Shown here: piece by piece, positions 59,566 to 64,000 of the stretch
How positions within the stretch are numbered: the stretch's first letter is position 1
Layout of the letters: every line of letters starts with the position of its first letter
From: Flavihumibacter sp.
GTDB lineage: Bacteria; Bacteroidota; Bacteroidia; Chitinophagales; Chitinophagaceae
Assembly (NCBI GenBank): GCA_036675925.1
Contig: JAKFDZ010000002.1
Location: forward strand, 8,786 to 72,785
Length of the DNA: 64,000 bases
Direction: 5' to 3'
Notes under the pieces: model-generated
Told to the model about the DNA's origin: nothing
The model's database searches: none
Seen by the model: the letters and a program-made list of their open reading frames with translations, nothing else
Made by a program: the position numbers and the translations under genes

Positions 59566-60144
59566 ATGAATAAATACCTTATTGTAGGTCTAGGGAATAT
59601 CGGAGATGAATATGCCCACACAAGGCATAATATCGGTTATGATATTGCAGATGCCCTTGTGCAAAAACATGGGGGCCAATTCAGGGCCGACCGTCTTGCC
59701 GATATTGCCGAGATCAAAATAAAAGGGAAACAGTTGGTGGTTATAAAACCTACAACTTATATGAACCTGAGCGGAAAGGCCTTAAAATACTGGCGCGATA
59801 AGGAAAAGATCCCAAATGAAAATATCCTTGTTCTCGTCGATGACCTGGCGCTGCCACTTGATCGGCTGAGAATAAGGGGGAGTGGCAGTGATGGCGGTCA
59901 TAACGGTTTAAAGAGCATCCAGGAATCTCTGGAAACAACAGAATATCCAAAGCTTCGTTTTGGTATTGGAAGTAATTACCCCAAAGGGCGGCAGGCTGAT
60001 TTTGTACTTGGAAAATGGAATGGAGATGAATGGCCGCTGGTATTACATAAGATCACAAAAAGTGTTGAACTGATTGAGCAGTTTGTAATGGCCGGACTTT
60101 CAACTGCAATGAATCAGTTTAACAATGTGCTATTCAAGTTATGA
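59566..60144 (+). CDS. pth: Peptidyl-tRNA hydrolase
   Basis: IVGLGN, TRHNIG, KPTTYMNLSG, GGHNGLKS. Confidence 0.96.
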   Translation: MNKYLIVGLGNIGDEYAHTRHNIGYDIADALVQKHGGQFRADRLADIAEIKIKGKQLVVIKPTTYMNLSGKALKYWRDKEKIPNENILVLVDDLALPLDRLRIRGSGSDGGHNGLKSIQESLETTEYPKLRFGIGSNYPKGRQADFVLGKWNGDEWPLVLHKITKSVELIEQFVMAGLSTAMNQFNNVLFKL

Positions 60145-60275
60145 TTATTGATTATGAATGGTTATTTTCGCAATCCACGGATACCCCGCAAGCAGTTCAA
60201 TAGCCCTATGTAATGCCAGGACCATACAGGTCATTATTAATTCTATGATTGTTCAATCATTAAACCCTCTTGAAT

Positions 60276-60887
60276 ATGAAAATATTCTGCATAGGCCGTA
60301 ACTATGTGGCTCACGCCAAAGAACTGGGCAACGATGTGCCAGATGAGCCCGTAATTTTTATGAAACCTAAAAGTGCCCTGCTCCAGGCTCATACCCCTTT
60401 TTACTATCCCGAATTTACCAATGAACTCCATTATGAAGCTGAACTGGTGCTACGCATCAGCAAGAACGGGAAGTATATACAGGACCGTTATGCCAGCAAA
60501 TATTACGATGCGGTAACCGTAGGTATAGATTTTACCGCGCGCGATATCCAGAACGAGCTCAAGGAAAAGGGTCTTCCCTGGGAAAAGGCAAAAGCCTGGG
60601 ATAATTCAGCAGTGATCGGTAAATGGGTTCCACTGGCAGAAATTAAGAGTAAAAAAGAGATACTCTTTAGTCTGCAGAAAAATAAGGAGGTGGTGCAGGA
60701 AGGAAACTCATCCCTTATGATCTTTAACTTTGATACTATCGTAGCGCAGATCTCCAATTATTTCTCGGTTAATATCGGTGACCTGATTTTTACAGGAACC
60801 CCTGCCGGCGTGGGTGAATGTGTAGTGGGAGATGAACTGGAAGGCTTCCTTGAAGGGAAGTCTATGTTCAATATAGAGATCAAATAA
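60276..60887 (+). CDS. Fumarylacetoacetate hydrolase family protein
   Basis: KIFCIGRNY..H..E, HYEAEL, DFTARD, GDLIFTGTPAGVG. Confidence 0.92.
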   Translation: MKIFCIGRNYVAHAKELGNDVPDEPVIFMKPKSALLQAHTPFYYPEFTNELHYEAELVLRISKNGKYIQDRYASKYYDAVTVGIDFTARDIQNELKEKGLPWEKAKAWDNSAVIGKWVPLAEIKSKKEILFSLQKNKEVVQEGNSSLMIFNFDTIVAQISNYFSVNIGDLIFTGTPAGVGECVVGDELEGFLEGKSMFNIEIK

Positions 60888-60992
60888 ATTCCGTTTTTTA
60901 TAGTTTTAGAACTGCCTTTGGGCAGTTTTATTTTTGCCCTCCCAGTAATGCTAACGAGTGTTCGTTTATATTTGCCACCGATTGTTACCGTT

Positions 60993-63065
60993 ATGACTGG
61001 AATTGAACTCGACCTGTTGAAGAAAACCTTTCGGCATATGAGTCTGGCCTATTATATGGCTGAGACCTATGAACAGAACCGATCAGTTTGTAAGTATGTA
61101 CATTCTACATCCCGGGGGCATGAGGCCATTCAGCTTGCTATGGCAGGGTTTCTGAAGACAGGCGACTATGTGAGTCCATATTACCGCGATGAAAGCATGC
61201 TGCTAGGTCTGGGATTTACACCCTATGAACTGATGCTTCAATTGCTTGCCAAAGCCGATGATCCATTTACGGGGGGCAGGGAGTACTATTCGCATCCCAA
61301 TTATCGCAATGGTGATAAGCCAACCATCATTCACCAGAGCAGTGCCACCGGAATGCAGGTGATACCCACCACCGGTGTAGCACAGGGTATAAAATACCTG
61401 GAGGAACATCTTCCAACTAATCTCATCAGAACTCCGGATGGAAGTTTACCCATAGTAGTTTGTTCACTTGGTGACGCCAGCGTTACCGAAGGTGAAGTAA
61501 GTGAGGCTTTCCAATTTGCCATCCTGAAACAACTTCCCATCATATACCTGGTTCAGGATAATAGCTGGGGTATCAGTGCCACAGCAGAGGAAACAAGGGT
61601 TATGGATGCGTATGATTATGCCTCAGGTTTTCCAGGGCTTGATCGCATAAGGATAGATGGTAGTGATTTTGAGGAAAGCTATAATGCGCTGGCAGCTGTT
61701 GTGGAAACTGTACGCCAGGAAAGGAGACCCTTCCTGGTTCAGGCACATGTTCCTCTTTTGGGCCATCATACCAGTGGCGTAAGAAAGGAATTTTACCGCC
61801 AGTCGGCGGAGTTGGCTGGTCAGTCAATACGTGATCCATATCTGAAACTTCGCAATTCACTTCTCGATAAAGGCTTGACGGATGAGGAACTGAATAGCAT
61901 CGCTGCGGAAGCGGAGCAGCAGGTAAGAACCGATTTTCAAAAGGCAGTACAGGCTTCTGAACCTGGCCCCGATACGGTGGCTGATCATGTGTTCGTACCT
62001 GCTACGGTAATCGTTGAATCAGGAACCCGCGAACCAAAAGGCAAAGACCGAATAATGATGGTAGATGCAGCACTTTTCGCCATCCGTGAAATAATGGAGA
62101 AAGATCCCACTGCCATTTTATATGGACAAGATGTGGGCAGGCGACTGGGGGGCGTTTTTCGTGAAGCAGCAACTCTGGCGGAGAAGTTTGGAGATCACAG
62201 AGTTTTTAACACCGCAATCCAGGAAGCATATATTATTGGATCCACTGTGGGAATGAGTGCAGTGGGATTGAAACCAATTGTGGAAGTTCAATTCGCAGAT
62301 TATATTTATCCCGCCCTTAATCAATTGGTAACGGAGATATCTAAATCATGCTATCTGAGTTGTGGCAAATTTCCTGTACAGGCATTAATACGTGTGCCAG
62401 TAGGTGCATACGGTGGGGGAGGCCCATACCACAGCGGAAGTATTGAATCAACCCTTCTCACAATTAAAGGAATTAAGATTGTATATCCCTCCAATGCTGC
62501 AGATATGAAGGGGTTGATGAAAGCTGCCTTCCTCGACCCTAATCCGGTTGTAATGCTTGAACATAAGGGCTTGTATTGGAGCAAGGTGCCCGGCACAGAC
62601 GGTGCCCGCTGCATTGAGCCATCAGAAGATTATATACTTCCGCTGGGTAAAGCTGCAGTTGCACTTGAAGCGTTCAGGACTACAGTGGAAGAGGGTGATT
62701 CAGTTTGTATCATAACCTATGGCATGGGGGTACACTGGGCAAAAGCCGCTGCTGCTATATTTCCCGGACAGGTTGAAGTAGTGGACCTCCGCACCCTATT
62801 TCCACTTGATGAAGAATTGGTTTATGAAACAGTTCGAAAGCACGGAAAATGCATCGTACTTACTGAAGAACAACAAAACAATTCCTTTGCTGAAGCCCTT
62901 GCCGGGCGGATCTCATATAATTGTTTCAGGTGGCTTGATGCCCCCGTTGAGGTAATGGGTGCATTGAACCTGCCTGCCGTACCAATGAATACTATTCTTG
63001 AATCAGCCATGTTACCCAGTGCTCAGAAGCTCTCCCAGCAAATACGGATTATGCTTGAAAATTAA
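60993..63065 (+). CDS. Fused 2-oxoacid dehydrogenase E1 alpha/beta subunit
   Basis: GHEAIQ, TPP motif GDAS..EG...N, GQDVG..GGVFR, EVQFADY, GGPYHS; start follows TATATTTG at 60967-60974. Confidence 0.9.
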   Translation: MTGIELDLLKKTFRHMSLAYYMAETYEQNRSVCKYVHSTSRGHEAIQLAMAGFLKTGDYVSPYYRDESMLLGLGFTPYELMLQLLAKADDPFTGGREYYSHPNYRNGDKPTIIHQSSATGMQVIPTTGVAQGIKYLEEHLPTNLIRTPDGSLPIVVCSLGDASVTEGEVSEAFQFAILKQLPIIYLVQDNSWGISATAEETRVMDAYDYASGFPGLDRIRIDGSDFEESYNALAAVVETVRQERRPFLVQAHVPLLGHHTSGVRKEFYRQSAELAGQSIRDPYLKLRNSLLDKGLTDEELNSIAAEAEQQVRTDFQKAVQASEPGPDTVADHVFVPATVIVESGTREPKGKDRIMMVDAALFAIREIMEKDPTAILYGQDVGRRLGGVFREAATLAEKFGDHRVFNTAIQEAYIIGSTVGMSAVGLKPIVEVQFADYIYPALNQLVTEISKSCYLSCGKFPVQALIRVPVGAYGGGGPYHSGSIESTLLTIKGIKIVYPSNAADMKGLMKAAFLDPNPVVMLEHKGLYWSKVPGTDGARCIEPSEDYILPLGKAAVALEAFRTTVEEGDSVCIITYGMGVHWAKAAAAIFPGQVEVVDLRTLFPLDEELVYETVRKHGKCIVLTEEQQNNSFAEALAGRISYNCFRWLDAPVEVMGALNLPAVPMNTILESAMLPSAQKLSQQIRIMLEN

Positions 63066-63212
63066 GTGAGCCCTTAACCCTCCATCATTTAATAAATCCA
63101 TTCCTCCTCTAACATCGCCCTGTTGGTGTATATTATGTTTTTGCTGCAAGTATTTGGTTGGAAATTTATCTCCGAAGTTTTTCGTAATTAAACCAAAACC
63201 AAACCTTATCGG

Positions 63213-63854
63213 ATGAAAAACAAAATGCTTAAAGGCGCGCACCTTTCAGAGCGCAAGTCGAGGGAGATCGTTAACCTGTTTTGTGAAGACCTGACCGCAA
63301 CCCAGATCGCAGAGATCACAGGCGTTAGTCGCGTTACAATAAACGCCTACCTGAAAATGATCCGGACGAAATTGGCGCACCATTGCGACAGTACATTCCC
63401 AACGCATCAATTACCAGAAAATTATCTTCTCTCTGGTCAGCAACCCGGAGATTTTCCAAAAACAACCTATTACGGCTTTACAAGATGGAATGGCCTGGTA
63501 TATTCAGCAGGTTTATCTGATCTGGATAGAGACAGTCTTGTGCAGTGGCAACAACCTGCCCATGCGGAGGCAGGACCTATGGCAACTATTCATGCAGTAG
63601 CTGATTTTTCAAACTGGCGACTTTACCGTCGAGATGCGGGTAGTAATGGCCGGCATTTTAGTGATGAGATATCCGGCTTCTGGGGACTTACCCGAAACCG
63701 CCTGCTAAAATTTCGTGGACTTAACAGGAATACACTTTACCTCCATATTAAGGAGTGTGAATACCGATATAACAACAGGAATGGCAATATGGAAATGAGT
63801 CTTTTGCAGATGATCAACAAGACGCCCCTTCAAACATTGCAATTACAATCCTGA
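63213..63854 (+). CDS. IS1595-transposase-derived protein with degenerate catalytic core
   Basis: N-terminal HTH (DLTATQIAEITGVSRVTIN) and C-terminal FW...RL.KF.G...LYLHIKECEYRYN; catalytic DES/TDG/IE motifs not seen. Confidence 0.7.
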   Translation: MKNKMLKGAHLSERKSREIVNLFCEDLTATQIAEITGVSRVTINAYLKMIRTKLAHHCDSTFPTHQLPENYLLSGQQPGDFPKTTYYGFTRWNGLVYSAGLSDLDRDSLVQWQQPAHAEAGPMATIHAVADFSNWRLYRRDAGSNGRHFSDEISGFWGLTRNRLLKFRGLNRNTLYLHIKECEYRYNNRNGNMEMSLLQMINKTPLQTLQLQS

Positions 63855-63882
63855 ACTTTTTATTTTCTCATGTGTGTGTAAC

Positions 63883-63911
63883 GCGGGTAGTTTCTACTAC
63901 CTGCTTTTTTT
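63883..63911 (+). terminator. Intrinsic terminator
   Basis: GCGGGTAGT-ttct-ACTACCTGC-TTTTTTT. Confidence 0.8.
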
Positions 63912-64000
63912 ATGACAAAAATCATAGCTACATGATAGCAGGAATCATAATGTTTGTGTGACTTGCGCAATATTTTCGGGTAATTATTCAACCCCCAAAA

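Overview
This window is mostly core chromosome from a gliding Bacteroidota bacterium. The T9SS translocon sprA, a SusC/SusD pair, TAnnTTTG promoters, mqnB/mqnD, lnt and a fused E1 alpha/beta dehydrogenase suggest Chitinophagaceae (inference). Housekeeping genes include cystathionine beta-synthase, tex, pabC-like, photolyase, queD/queE, folE/folD, fabD/fabH, ruvA, guaB, dprA, radC, prs, rplY and pth. One accessory island (~18.73-26.3 kb) holds a vapBC pair, a truncated Rhs gene with an HExxH toxin tip plus a lipoprotein immunity gene, an IS66 remnant, an in-frame Rhs-N-terminus/immunity chimera and three orphan immunity-like genes. The least explained elements are: (1) a ~500-nt repeat-rich, strand-biased non-coding unit at ~1545-2055 with its own promoter and upstream palindromes, a candidate protein-sponge RNA; (2) an apparently catalytically dead IS1595-derived gene with no visible IS ends; (3) a kinase-fold ORF running off the left edge that the ORF track missed; (4) REP-like doublets and short repeats placed directly after stop codons; (5) a SusCD/ComEA-like/RadC/DprA neighbourhood that may serve DNA uptake. 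All calls come from motif recognition by eye; no database searches were run.
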